From Paraspadella gotoi (Eukaryota > Animalia > Chaetognatha), in the NCBI GenBank assembly GCA_051294375.1, contig CM119264.1, positions 14,534,682-14,598,681 of the forward strand: DNA of 64,000 nucleotides, written 5' to 3'. The notes beneath the pieces are model-generated. The model did no database searches, was not told the origin of the DNA, and worked only from the letters and a program-made list of their open reading frames with translations. A program made the translations under genes and the position numbers. Of this stretch, positions 36,701-53,348 are shown piece after piece; positions within the stretch are counted from its first letter, which is position 1, and each line of letters opens with the position of its first letter.

Positions 36701-39700
36701 CAACTCGTCTATTATGAGAGCTTCTTCATTTTGCCAGATGTAATCTAAGTTTTCGATCAGTTCGACGTTGCCCATCTTAAATTTATTATAGGTTTGCTCT
36801 GAAATAGGTTGGTGATATTTATCACAGGTCAAATAATTTTAACCAACAATTAGCTCATGACACATGACACATGGGTTCAAAGGCAGGTGTGAAATAACAG
36901 GAATTTAAATTTAGCGATATACGCAATGAAAAAATTTCATTGAAATTTAGGGCATTGGTGGTGCTTTGTCGGTTGAACAAAAAGTAGAGCGCAGAAAAGG
37001 CTCGGTAACAAATATGTTGGGGAAAAATATGCTCCGCGTTTTTAACAAACCATATAGCCAAAAAATATTATAAATGATTATAATTATATACCAAATGATA
37101 GCTGAGACCAAGATCTTACTGTCTGATCCATTATTTGATAATTTCGGATTAAGAAACAATAAGTTTTAGATCAATCAGTTTGAAAACTAAAATGAAAAAT
37201 TTTTTTTCACTTTTTTAAGATTTGACTTTCTTTTTTTATCGTGTTCTTTATGTATTGCGGTAAAGAATAAGGAAGACATTTCGAGTTAGGTCATGTTATT
37301 GCAATCAAGTGTGTATATTTTGAAACCGTTCGAACGACAACTTTTATACCATAAACATTTTAGCCTAGTATATACTTATTATTATATATAAATATAGCTC
37401 ACTGGTGCCCACGAATGTATAAAATTAAAAAATTTACCAAAGTATTTTTATTGGTTTTTATTTTCATGTTTTATATGCTAAATTTTTATTTTTTAAAATG
37501 TTATAATTTTTATATCACTGATGTGGATGAAGTTGTTGATAAATGCGCTGACCTTTCTCTCCCACCTACTTTTGAAGAAGATGATGGAGATAACACGGAT
37601 AATGATAGTGATGGAAAAAATGATATTGGTCTATTTAAAGATGAAAAACAATTAAAGGAACACGATGAGGAAATGGAAAATAGCTCGATCTTGTAGGTAC
37701 CCTTTAGTTTCAAACCAATAATGATATTTTTTTTTGCTTCTTATACTTTTTTTATCCTTTCATTCTCTTTTTTTTTATTTTTGTATTATTTTTTTTCTTT
37801 TACAGAGAGGCTTTAAAACTTTTAAGCATTTTGCATTGATTCAAATTTTTTATTTGGTTTTTTCATATGAATTGATATTTAATATTAATTAACTATGTTC
37901 ATACATAAAATAAAATAAATTTTTTCTGTCATGCTATTTAGAATTAAAAAAATAAATTTACTTTCAGGGATAAGAAAACGTCTTCATTAACTGATTGAAG
38001 AAAAAAATTAAAAATTAAATATCTTTAATAGTTTATTTATAAGCTGTAAATAGACCGGAGTAAACTATGAAATATTAAACTAAAAAGTAAAATAAATTTT
38101 TGGTTTAAAGTATCATTTTTAAAAAATAAACTAGATATATTTTTTATTATTTATAAAAATTAAGACAATATTTAAAAAAAATTTGAACCACTTAATTGAA
38201 GGTAGGGGACAAATTACAGCATGAAAAATCCGCACCCTAATTTTTTTTCTCGTTATAACAATAAAAGATCCTTATCCTCTATTTAGTCATATCTTTCATA
38301 CCATATAAGATTTTGCACTAATATTTTTCGTACTTTGATGTTTCAGACAACCTCTTCAAAAGCAAGATTTATAGTCACTGAATTTTTTTTATTTCTGCAT
38401 AGTCTCCGCCACGATAACTTGCATCGTGTCTTACCCGCTAATACAGCAGAAGTTTTGTGACGATATGAAACGATAATGAGAGAGGGAAATGGGAAAGAGG
38501 GACAGGGATGTAAAAAAAGAGAGGGAAGAGAGAAAGACAAACATGGAGGGAGAAAGACAGACAGACAGAAAATCTACAGACAGACAGAGGGCAAGACCGA
38601 AAAGTAACTTCATCTTCGACGCCTCGATGGCATACAAAACGGGGATCAACGGGAGTCTCCCCGAACGAAAGGAAACGGGAATTTGTGACCCGGGCCTTCA
38701 ACCCAATCCTTCTATTCCTTCCCCCATCTCTACCCCCATTCCCATTTATCTTGCTATCTCTTTCCCTTTTCTCCGCTAGACCTATATATATTTCTCCCGT
38801 CCGACTGCTTGGCGCTAGTATGTTTTTCTTCTCCGTTTCGCGATGTTCTTTTGTCTTTTCAGACTCGGCGTCACTTACGCCGCCTATTTACTCTTTTCCC
38901 TCAGTACGACTCATTGGTTAAGCAACCGCAGTTTCCTTTGTTTCACTAGAATAAGAGGTCCTGTTGTGGGAGAAAGAGAAAAAAAATCATTTCGCATTTC
39001 TTCTCCTTCCTCTCGTTCCTCCTTTACGTCGCCCATTGGCCTGAGCGACTGCAAACCTCTAGCGCTGCGGGTTCAATCTGTCGGTCAAGTTACTCTTTTT
39101 TTCTTTCCTCTTTTTTTTCTTTTCCCCCGTTTTTTTTTCCTTCTTTCATTATTTGCAACCTTTTTCTTTCTCTTCTTAAGTTCTGTTTTCCTGTTACTCG
39201 GTTTCCCCTTTTTCTCTCCCCGGCCCCGAATCTTTTCCGCCTCGACTTATTTATTTACGTTTTTCTTTTGTCAGTTTCTTTCCTTTCCCTTATATTTTCC
39301 CCCCTTGTCTTTCCGTGTAGATTCTATTTCTTTCCTTTCCTTCTCTTGCCGTTCTACCTTTCTTTCCTTTCCAATACTATTTCGTTCTCTCATTTCTCCT
39401 GTCTCTTCCGGCCTCCCCAAAGGCCTTTTCCTTTTCCTCTTTTCCTCGTCTCCTTTTTTCCTTTCCTCCCAATTTGAAGCTCTCCTCCGTCCATCTCGCG
39501 TCCAAATCACGATTCATGGGATTTTCTTTTTTCCCCCACGAAATCTCAGAGTTTTCTCTCATTTTTCTCTTCTTAGAATTCTGGCGCTTTCCTCTTGTTT
39601 TTGTACTCCCCCATTTTTTGTATTTCTTTTCTTAACTTTTCTCTCTGGCTTTCTTCTTAAATTTTGTCTTCTTATTCTTTTCGGACTTTTCTGCTCCCAT

Positions 39701-40959
39701 TTCAATTTTTTATTTCTTTTTATTATCTTTTTTTCTTCGGAAGCGCTAAAATTATTTAGTGAGTTTCTGCCTTGTTTCATCACTAACTTTTCTCGTAATT
39801 TATTTCATCTCAAGGCTGATTTATCTCCTATCAAAGGATTTCATTTATTTTCTGGGTCTGCGTCAGATAGTCTTGAGTCCCAATCCGCTCTCGCTCTCTC
39901 TCGCTCTCTATCTTTTTTCTGATGAAGTTGATATTTCCATCATCATCGCGGACTCTCTCTTTTTTCTCTCTCACCGCAATTTTCTTCTTTCTTTGCTCCA
40001 TAAACTTCCTTCACAATTGTTGTTACTATAATGAATCCTAGTTTCAGACTTTACCACTCTCTCTCTCTCTCTTTTCCACTCGTTTTCTGTCTCGCTCCCT
40101 TTTCATTCCATCTTCTTTCATTGGTTTCTTTTTTTTCTTTTTCCCTTCAGTTTTTCATTTTTTTAATATTTTTCCCCCGCCCCTTCATTCTTGGCGCCAG
40201 GTTTCCATTACGCCACATCTGTTCACAGATTTTTTTTCTGTCTGTTACTCTTTTCTTTTTCAATTTTTTTTCTTTTTGAAAACCGTTTACCCTTTTGTCA
40301 GGTCGAGGTTTTCCAAAATCCACCTCGGAAAAGCGAATATCAGACAAGACTTTTTTGAGAGCAAAACACAAAAAGAAAAGAGGAAAATTGAAAGTTTTGC
40401 GGAAAAGAAATTGAAAATTCTGAGAAAAAAAATTTATTTTCAAAACAAATGAACAAAATATTGACGGGCGAAATGATCAAATTTCTTCATCATCAAGTCA
40501 TAAACTTAGCGTCAACCGTCATTTGATGATTGATCGAAGCAAAATTCTTTCGGTTGATGAGCGATGGAGCCTAATGATCGAAACTTTATCGAAGAAATTC
40601 TAAAACTAACTGGTGGTCGGATGAGATCTCAGGGTGACATGGACCTCATTAAGACGGAACATGTTTTTCACCTTCATACGTCACGGATCTCATTTCCAAG
40701 TCAAGTGTGAAATTGGATGGAATCGTCTCCGGGGAGGAAAAAGCGGAACTCCCGGTTCTATTTGCGTCTGAATATCACAGCCACGCCTCCCAAACGAACC
40801 AAGATAATTCTTAGGTTCTTTCAAACAAAACGTCAATTAAGTCAATCACAATGGGAACTTGCGCAGATTATTTCCATGGGAATTTAACATTTATAATTAT
40901 ATATATATTGAAGAGACAGTAATTATTGTTGTGTTAATGACATAACCGTTCAATATAAG

Positions 40960-41107
40960 CAGTCCCTGAGCTTCGGATCAGGCTGTAACACCGTGTTACA
41001 GGCGGGTTAAGCGCCCCGTCCCTCTTAACTGCTAGGCGACCACCGGGCTAAACATCGGACCTTTGGGTTGGGAGGCGAATGACTTGCCTTCTGCACCAAT
41101 GACCGCT
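40960..41107 (-). mobile_element. Degenerate tRNA-derived SINE-like element
   Basis: Minus strand AGCGGTCATTGGTGCAGAAGG..CGCCTCCCAACCC..GGTCCGATGTTTAGCCCGG resembles a decayed tRNA head with A/B boxes. It is followed by a GC-rich body containing the palindrome CTGTAACAC-C-GTGTTACAG. Confidence 0.4.
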
Positions 41108-41265
41108 GATGAACGGTTGGTGGATTTTAGTCCACCATAATATATATAATTATATATTAAGGCGGGCCAGAATTATAATATGAAAAAGTCTTCAATAAAA
41201 GTCTTTTGTCCTTTTACAACCAAATTGACTTATGATGTTAGATTTTGATTAAATTAGTTTTCCTT

Positions 41266-41634
41266 ATGCATGGAAGCATTTTAACATTCAATAATTTCAT
41301 ATAAGAAATGCTTTAAAAAATTTTTAGGAAATTTAAATTTTTAAAAATGGATTCTGATAAAGATATAAAAGTTAGATAAAGGTTAGTACTACAATTTTTT
41401 TAAAAATTAATAATAAGAGGGCTAAAATTAGAAAAAACCTTAAAAAATCATCATCATCCATTAAATTTTATAGTTTTTATTAATTTTCATAGATAAATCA
41501 TTAAAATTTCAAAAATTTATAATAATAACCTTCATCTAACTTTTCAAGCTCTATCGGAATCCGTTAAAAAATTTATTAAAACAATTTTTTAACATTATAT
41601 AGTATTTGGATAATATAAAATAGCTTCCATGCGT
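41266..41634. mobile_element. Degenerate foldback/MITE-like inverted repeat
   Basis: ATGCATGGAAGC (41266) pairs with GCTTCCATGCGT (ending 41634), and 41349-41385 pairs with 41526-41562, around a common centre near 41453. Confidence 0.55.
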
Positions 41635-42624
41635 TTAACTATAAGATAAATCTAAATTTATTGTTATTTTCACGATCTTTAATAAACACATTAACAATAT
41701 TTACCCATAAAGGATAAGGTAACCTTTCGAAAGTTAACTTGTTTATGTGCATGGATAGTTAGGAAGCAAAAAAGTTAAGAGTGGCAAACACTTGGTAAAC
41801 TTGTAACGAATACCAAAAGAAATATTATGAGGTAGGGATTCCATTTCATGTTTCTAAGAACATTTTCTCAAGGCGCCCAAAAGGTTAATAGTAGTAGGAG
41901 ACTTACCTGTGGAAAGAGGAACTTAATGAAAGAAATATAGAAAAGGTTAGAAGAAAAAAATAGAGAGCTCTAAAAAAATGAAACCAGGCAAAGAGGAGCT
42001 GCTGTCTTTAAAGCTCGAGTCGTACCAAAGGTGAGGAAAAGGTGGCCGAGAGGTGATTGGGTGAAAGAAGACTAGGAAAAAGGAAAGAAAAAAAAAAGAA
42101 CATTTTTTTTTTTGGTCTGAGGACGGGAGGCGAATCGGACCCAAAGTTAAACCCACTTTTGTGACTTTGGATTCCAACGGAAATATCGACCTTTTCTTTC
42201 TCAGGTTTCTGCCGGTGACGTTTGAAACTGGAGACGAAACTATTTTTTTTTATTTTTAGGACAAAGTTATATCAGTGTTAAATTTTCTAAATTGATATTA
42301 GTAATAATTTTAGTCTATTTCATATTTTGGTTTTTTATTGGAACTGCAGAAATTCATATTTTTAAAGTTTGTCGTTATAGAAAAAACTAACAACGACACG
42401 TTCTGTTTTTTTTTTTTTTTTTTTTAAAGGGAAACATTTCCCCTTCTTATTTTTTCCGCCTCTTTTCTCTCTCCTTTACTCTCTTTGTTCGGGAGAGGGA
42501 GACAAGAAGAGCCTCTCCTTTTCTGATGAGCGGATTACCCTGATAAAAACTTGACGATGACGATTAAAAGAGAATCTTTTTTTCGAAAGAGAACGCACGA
42601 ACGGTCTTTGCAATTTCTCTAATT

Positions 42625-42745
42625 GAAAGAAAGAAAAGAAGAAAGAAAAGAAGAAAGAAAAGAGGAAAGAAAAGAAGAAAGAAAAGAGGAAAGAAAAGAA
42701 GACAGAAAAGAGGAAAGAAAAGAAGAAAGAAAAGAGGAAAGAAAG
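42625..42745. repeat. 12-bp purine minisatellite (AAGA[A/G]GAAAGAA)n
   Basis: About nine to ten units read directly, just 3' of the SMYD stop codon. Confidence 0.85.
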
Positions 42746-42907
42746 ACAGGAAAAAGAAAGAAAAAAAATATAAAAACAGGTTTTTCCAAAATTTGTTGAA
42801 ATATAATCAGAAAATTCACAAATAACAAATAATGAAATATAAAGTTTTTTTTAAAGAAAAACCCCACAACAAGAAAGAAAACAACAACGAAAACAAAACC
42901 GCGCTCG

Positions 42908-45900
42908 TCAGTATTTCTCCATGATCTTCTCCATGTTTGACGAGGCCTCTTCCACGCCCTTCTGAACGAGTTCCCACATTTCCATCGGGGTCGCCATTCC
43001 CTTCTTCGTTGGCTCAGGCGCGTCTTTGTCGTCCTTGCAGATCTGCTTGTGACCTGCACTCCAGGCGCGCTTCTGGCAGGCGGAAGAACAGTACCAAGCT
43101 TGTTTGCAACGTGAGCACGCCTGATTTGGAAAGGGAAAGGGAGTTCAAAAATAGATAAGGGAAGATAAATGAAAAAAGATGAAAATACAAAAAGATGCTA
43201 CAGAACAAAAAATATTTAAATCAGAAGGCGACATTGACAAAAATAAATAAACCGACCTTAAACGGTTTGTCCGCCGAAGCTTCTTTGCCGCATTCCGTAC
43301 ATTCAGTTGCGTCGTCACCTTCGAAGCGGCATCTACGTTTAAAGTCAATAAAAAATCAATCAATAAACAAGCAATTAAAATCATTTAAATATTTGAAATC
43401 ATTGGAAAAATCATTAAAAGATAATGATTAATAGGTAATAAGAAGCTAAAAAAATTAATTTCAAAACGTCCGGCAAAAGGCAATTAGAAAGTCTTCGGTG
43501 TGTAACTTGGCAATTAGTGAATTGTTTTACGTAAACAGAAATCAACAGTTAACGATTTACCGAATGCACTGACACCAGAAGCTCCAACCCTCGTGTAGGC
43601 CCGTTCTCCTCTGCAGCCTCGGTAAGTGAGGGTCGATGTAGGGAATGGTGAGTTCCTCGCCTTTTTTCACTTCGCGCGTCGTCACCACCTGAGATGAAGG
43701 CATCAAGTGATGAAAACCCAAACTCGGATCTCGTTCCCTGATCGGCTGTAAAATGAACCAATCCCGATCCATCGACCGACCAACCTTGACTCCGATGGTG
43801 TCCCCAATGAACTCGTCGACGACGTTGCAGTTCGGGATGCAGGAGTGGTTGAGGGAAGCGTGGAGCAGGAACATGCCTCCGAATAGCGCCTCGGTGGGTT
43901 CACCACGCCAATGCTCGTCGAACTGCGTGGCGTCGATCTTATTGTCACGAAGACTCCGGATGAATTGGTTGAAGTTGGACACGGGTTGACCGAAGGCCTG
44001 TTGGAAGGTAATGGAATGTTGGGAAGGGGAGTCAAAGTAGGTCGCCAGTCGGTACCGGTTAAGCGTCGTGGCTATCACTTTCACAAAGCCGAAACATCAT
44101 TCATCAGTCCCGAAACCTGAGTGTTGCAGGCCATTTGGTAGTAGCGAATCTCATATTCCCTCGTATTGACGGGATATTTAACCGGACGCCATTCGTTGTT
44201 GAAGCACTCGTCCATGATGGTCACGAGCTTTCCTACTTTTTTCGCGTAGCCTAACGAACGGAAAACGTAACCGGTGGTTAATTAGTAAACCAATATAGTT
44301 TTCCCACCCTTTACCATCCCTCCGAATCGCGAACTTACCTTCCGTGCCGTAACCGATGAATTTTCTAAAAATAGACTTGGCGCCGGCCCACTGTTCAGTG
44401 CTAGGTTGCTCTGTGGGCTTCACGACGTTCTCGGCACGAACCGTCATGATTGCCCACATCCGGGCGAGGAACATGGGGGATGGGATGTTCTTTAGCTTCT
44501 CCAGCACGGCTTGCGTTTGTGAGTTCGGCTCCTTGGAGAGGTAAGGAGAGCTTGGTGAGAATAACATGCAACTATCTTCCGGCTTTTGAGTAAGGTAGTA
44601 TTAGTATTACTATTAATGTTCCCAAATAATAAACCCTCCAAAATTTTTAACCTGACCTTTCCCGCTAGATGTTTGAGGAGCGCCTGCGCCACGACGCCTT
44701 GCGACTCTCGGTGAAAGTCCCAAAGTTTGGTGGCCCCGGGATTGAGCTTGGGACAGAGAACGCGGTGATAGGAGCGGTAAGCTTTGTCGCGACAGTGTTC
44801 GCTGTTCCGAAAAAAAAAGTTTCTGGCTCGAGCGAACAACACAACGATCAATAATCCTAAAAACCTGCAGTAAAGCTCTTTTCCGCAGTTTTCCTTGCAA
44901 GGCACTTGAACGCATTTTGGCCAATATTGGTCGCAAATGTTTTTCAAGCTTTTTGGCATTTTCGACCACGTCACGGAGAAATAATCTTCGGCTCTGACGG
45001 ATGATTGGTGTAAAGTTAAATTATGAATTGATTTATACGCCGATTGGATTTCATTGATTGACGGATTGATACAGTCCTGTGCAAAAAAGAAAGAAGACAC
45101 CCAAAAACATTATGAAAATAATTTAAGTTAAATTTATTTAAAATGAATATATTATAAATAAATAATATTTATTTATAAAAAATTTATTAATATAAATATG
45201 GTTAATATATAACTATCCATTATAAAACAATAATTTTTTAAAAATAATTATTAAGTTACAACTCCTAAGTACTCAAACAAAATATTATAACAAAAAAAAT
45301 TAAATTATTTTTAACCTCTTGTATTTAAAATACTGTAATTTTGAAATAATTAGACTAACTTTCTTTTAAATTATACATATAGGTTTCTATTAAAAAAAAT
45401 TATTTCTTATTCATAATTTAAAAAAAATAAATATAATACCCATTAATTTTATTTTAGTAATTAAAATGAATGTTTTTTACTACTTTTGAAAGCTTTTGAG
45501 AGCTATAGCTCTTGAATATTTGAATCAATTTTCTTTCAACTGACACATATAGATTTTTCAATTCAAAATCTACATTTATTATTTATAATTTTTTATAATA
45601 TATGCGTAAAATAAGCATAACTTAAGATTGAAGAGTGTCCTCTTTTTTTTGCACAGGACTGTATATTGTATAATGTATATTCTAATAATGGATTGATTGA
45701 CTACAACGATTGATTGACTGAATGATTTAAACTAAATAATCAGTTGATTAATTATTCGATTATGAAATAACTTGATTTATTGATTGATATTTTTGGCACT
45801 ATGTACAGCGTACACTCACGAGAGTAGATCCCTGGCGCACATATAGCAGGCGGGTGCGACGATGGCCGAGTCGAGGGTTTGAGTGATGATTAGCGGTTCG

Positions 45901-47511
45901 TCCCTCATCACTTCCTCCCCTTTGGCGACGTCGCGGATAGTGAAGACTCCTTTCCCCGTCTCGGGGTGAAACTCAACGCGGATTGGCAATTCCTGTGAAT
46001 TCCCGTGGAATTTAATTATTGATCTATATCACAAGTTTTTTATGCCTTATTTTCTAAATATCTAAAATAGCACTGTGAACGCATTTTCGAGAAGATCGTT
46101 AGGTGCCTTGGCTTTGGAAAAAATTCAATACGCCTTTATTTAACCTTGCACATTGGATCGTAGAGCCTCTTGGTCCTTGCGATCTGAAAGAGTAAAAGCG
46201 TCTCTTCGTCCTCGTAATTCTGCAGCTTGGACGCTTTCTTGAAATGAAGCTCGGCAAAGACGAAGCGCTCCGCCTTAATCATGATACGCCCGCCGAGTTT
46301 CCAGATCTCCGGGGTTCGTTGGGTCTCGTCCACGTTGGCGATGTGGTTGTAGGCCTTCATCAGGGGAAGGGTTATTCGAAATTTGTCATTCAAAGTCAAC
46401 CAAACCCCTTTCGATGCTCTCGTTAAACCTGTGGGAGCAAATCCAACTCGTAGAGGCACCAGGCGCGATTATACCAATTTGAGATGGACATCGGAAAAAG
46501 TTCCAAGGCTTTTGTGAAGGCGAGAAAGGCGTTATCGTATTCTCCCTTCTCCATCATTCTTTCACCCATGTTGCGTTGGGTTCCAGAACTAAATAAGCCG
46601 ATTTATGAACGAATCAATCAATAAATCAATCAGTCAATAAAAATTAGAATCTCAGCGTAAACCGGTTTTCACGCAGAATCACCTGTCAGGATTGGGTTTT
46701 CGAAATTCGACGTAAACTGGTTCCAAGTATTTGTTTTCCGCCGCCCATTTCCTATCCTCTTGCAATTTGTCAAAGTCGCCCAAATAAGGATCTTGACCGC
46801 AGAGTTTCAAATAATTGCCTAAAGATAAAAAAAACTATAATAATTCACTGATTCAAGTCACAGAGTCACTAAGTCAGCAACCTCTCAAAAACTTTTCCTC
46901 TGACTCTTTGATGGCTTTTTTAAAGGCTTTGACTTTATCCCTTTCATCCGACTCTGACTTGGCTGCGGCCTCCATTCTGACGACGTGCTTCACCACTTCT
47001 TCCTTGTGTTGCCTCATCAAAGAGTTTTCGGGGAAATGACGCTCGCCTTCAGAGGAGAAATTGGAGAGACCAAAAATTAGGAAAAGGGATGACTTCGGGG
47101 GAGGGAGGGGGGGAAATTGCTACTTACACTTCTGTATGGTATTGTAAGCCTCTCTCCACTTTTCCAGCTTCACGGCGCATTGTAGTTGGAGCTCAAAGGC
47201 GCGTTCGTATTTCGGCTGTTCTCTCGTGGCAAACTGCGCGTCCAGAAGCGCTTTGTCGTAGTTCCCCAGCTGCTGGTGAGCGAAGGCGCGCTGAAGAGCA
47301 AGACGGACTTCTATCAGTAAAGATTATTTTGAATTGCCAGTTACTTTTTTCTCGGTTTGATATAGACCTGAAAGTAAAGCGTGTGTTTATCTGTCTTGCA
47401 CACTTCCAAGGCTTCCGTGTAAACGTCGATAGCTTGCCAGTAATCTCCATTGTGGATGGCGTACTCCCCCTGATCTTTGAGTTCGGAAACGTCCGAGTAG
47501 ATGACCGGCAT
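42908..47511 (-). CDS. Multi-exon SMYD-family lysine methyltransferase: TPR repeats, SMYD5-like split SET with MYND insert, post-SET, and extra C-terminal MYND finger
   Basis: ATG at 47511 (MPVIYSDVSELKDQGEYAIHNGDYWQAIDVYTEAL...LYFQ|RAFAHQQLGNYDKALLDA, TPR). SET-N GKGVFTIRDVAKGEEV; CYMC...ELYC|SEHCRDKAYRSYHRVLCP; SET-C GMFLLHASLNHSCIPN and GEELTIPYID; post-SET FWCQCIRC; C-terminal CTEC..CSRCKQAWYCSSACQKRAWSAGHKQIC; TGA at 42908-42910. Confidence 0.85.
45072..45661. mobile_element. Tc1/mariner-type MITE (~590 bp) in a SMYD intron
   Basis: TIR CAGTCCTGTGCAAAAAAGAAAGAAGACAC versus GTGTCCTCTTTTTTTTGCACAGGACTG, TA on both sides (45070-71, 45662-63), AT-rich non-coding interior. Confidence 0.8.
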
Positions 47512-47710
47512 TTTAGCGAGCTTAAAAATCTAGCGAAGTTTACTTGAAAGACGCAGTTATTGTTTATTTTTCAACAAGATCATCAATACCGAGTTAGCGA
47601 GACCGGAGTTCGGACCAGTTTTATATTTCGGTGAAGTTTTGACGGGATCGGAAAAATCCGGCGCAGACAAAAAAGAGAAAATCTGGACAGACTTACGACA
47701 TTAATTTAAG

Positions 47711-48007
47711 ATGTTCGAAGCAGATCTTCCCGACTTCGCCGTTTATCCAGAAATTTCTCGTCCGATCGAACCCAGCAGCAACAGTCTTCAACAATCAACA
47801 ACAACATCATCATCATCCTATACGGCCTGGTATCCCGAGCGCGATCGACTGTGCGCGACCGACCGCGATTTCGAGCTCATTGAGTGGTTCAACTATAACA
47901 TTCGAAACGGGGAACGATTCTTTTTAATTTTTACCGTTACGGAAGATAGCTGCAAATGTTATATAAAAGCAGGAGAGAATAAATTTCGAAACGGAATTTT
48001 TCACTAG
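47711..48007 (+). CDS. Hypothetical 98-aa single-exon ORF, divergent from the SMYD gene
   Basis: Real ATG, mostly complex composition, AATAAA at ~48050, starts 200 bp from the SMYD ATG. No recognisable domain. Confidence 0.25.
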   Translation: MFEADLPDFAVYPEISRPIEPSSNSLQQSTTTSSSSYTAWYPERDRLCATDRDFELIEWFNYNIRNGERFFLIFTVTEDSCKCYIKAGENKFRNGIFH

Positions 48008-49252
48008 TACCGTTTTTATAAGGAGTAAAAAATCTTACTTTTATCTCAGAATAAATGTCGATATTAAAATAACTGACAAAAATAATTCCTAAATCCTATC
48101 TTTAATTAATTTTATCTTTAATTTAACGTCGTATATCTATTTTGGCCATGAGTTACCTTTTGTTTTTAAATTTTCGCAAAGCTCCTGGTGGACACGTACT
48201 TCTATCTAGGCAAAAACTTTCGTCTTTTAGCCAATCCAACCATTAAATTTAGTCGAACAAACTGGAATCAAGTTACATCTAATTTACTAAATTACCTAAA
48301 TTAACTATTCCAAATTTCAGATTTTGTGGAAGAAAATCGATTTTTTCATTGAACTAAGTTTCAGTTTAATTGACATAAGATATATAAAGCACTAAAGATA
48401 CAATTGTAGAGAAAAATGAAAGAAAAACCTAAACTCATTACAGAATTAACTATCCCCATTCTTTTCAGAAAAATTAAGAGTAGTATGCACGTTTTGACTA
48501 GAAATACAACAAATGTTTCGTTATACAGTTGTACTGAGTGAGATCTACGATCTACACTTTGTGAAAAGTGATATAGCGACGACCTTAATGTCTCTTACAC
48601 AATTGTTAAATAAGCAAAGAAGGGGGAACTAACGCAAATGTTGGCTTACTTTGTTTCCCGTTTAAAGTATAATTATATTTTCAATTCATAAAATCTGTCA
48701 TTCTGGCACGATAATTTCGCCATAAAGCCTTTATAAGTGGTTAATTTATTACTATAATTTTTACGTTACATACTTAAAAAGTATATAAGTACAATTATTA
48801 ACTAACGTTCTACATTTAGTTATAAATAGATGCATGCAGCGCCTCTCATTCTTTGTAAAACATATTCAACTAATGTTTAAAAACGCAATGGCTTTAATTT
48901 AATAATAATTCAATCAATACAACTGTAAACTAATACTTTTTTCTAAAAATTTGAAGGGAAGGGTGAGATTTCCTTGGAATGTCAAATAAATATTTCGCTG
49001 ACAGCCACGGAAGTAAAAAAAAAGTAAATGTTTCGCATTTCTTCACGTTATCACATTGAGAAAAGGCAAAACATATTAGAATGAATAAAGAAAAAAAAAT
49101 TATTCAATGACCATTGGCCAGTAGCCACCCAAGCCAAAAGACGAAAAACCATTTATTTTATATCATTTCAAGCTATAGCCCAGAAGCGCAGCATTTATCA
49201 TTGAACATTTTACCCTTGGGCTTGAGTCAAAGAACACAAGTGGGGGAAAAAA

Positions 49253-52897
<3,645 letters not shown>

Positions 52898-53281
52898 CTA
52901 AGAAAATAAGAATGCGACTTTTTATTCTTTCAAGGCGAATTAAATGTTTATTCGCCAGTTTGACTACCCAAGGACATGATATAAAGAAGAAAGCAAAATT
53001 ACTATTCGAGTTATATCGATGTATTAGTAACTATTTGTAAATATACTAAATGTCAAACCAAAGTTTATTACAGACCATAGTATAAATCTGTTGACTTCAT
53101 ACAGATTTTATCCGGTTTTTTAATATGTCATGTTTAACCGAAGGCTATCAGCCGCTAAAATCATATTACATCTCAAAAATCTAATTTATAATTTAGAAAC
53201 ACAAGTTATGCCTTATGGATTTTTTTTTAGTCTTTTGCTTCGAGATTGATCCGACCTTCGCCTTGGAACATGTTCGAATAA

Positions 53282-53283
<2 letters not shown>

Positions 53284-53322
<39 letters not shown>
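53284..53322. repeat. (TC)n tract next to the X-box
   Basis: Read directly. Confidence 0.9.
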
Positions 53323-53326
<4 letters not shown>

Positions 53327-53335
53327 CAGCACGCA

Positions 53336-53348
53336 GTTGCTAGGCAAC
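53336..53348. promoter_or_regulatory. RFX X-box, GTTGCTAGGCAAC
   Basis: Near-palindromic match to the RFX consensus GTNRC(C)-N0-3-RGYAAC, about 260 bp upstream of the RAB28 ATG and in front of six cilia genes. Confidence 0.8.

Noticed and set aside
38843-39922. 359-aa ORF, the longest in the track
   Set aside because: F/S/L-rich translation of a polypyrimidine tract that lacks stops for compositional reasons; no domain. The same applies to 20546-21349 and 30247-30847.
40773-40795. TATCACAGCC, resembling the miR-2 family 5' end
   Set aside because: No complementary 5' arm (GGCTGTGATA-like) upstream, so no pre-miRNA hairpin.
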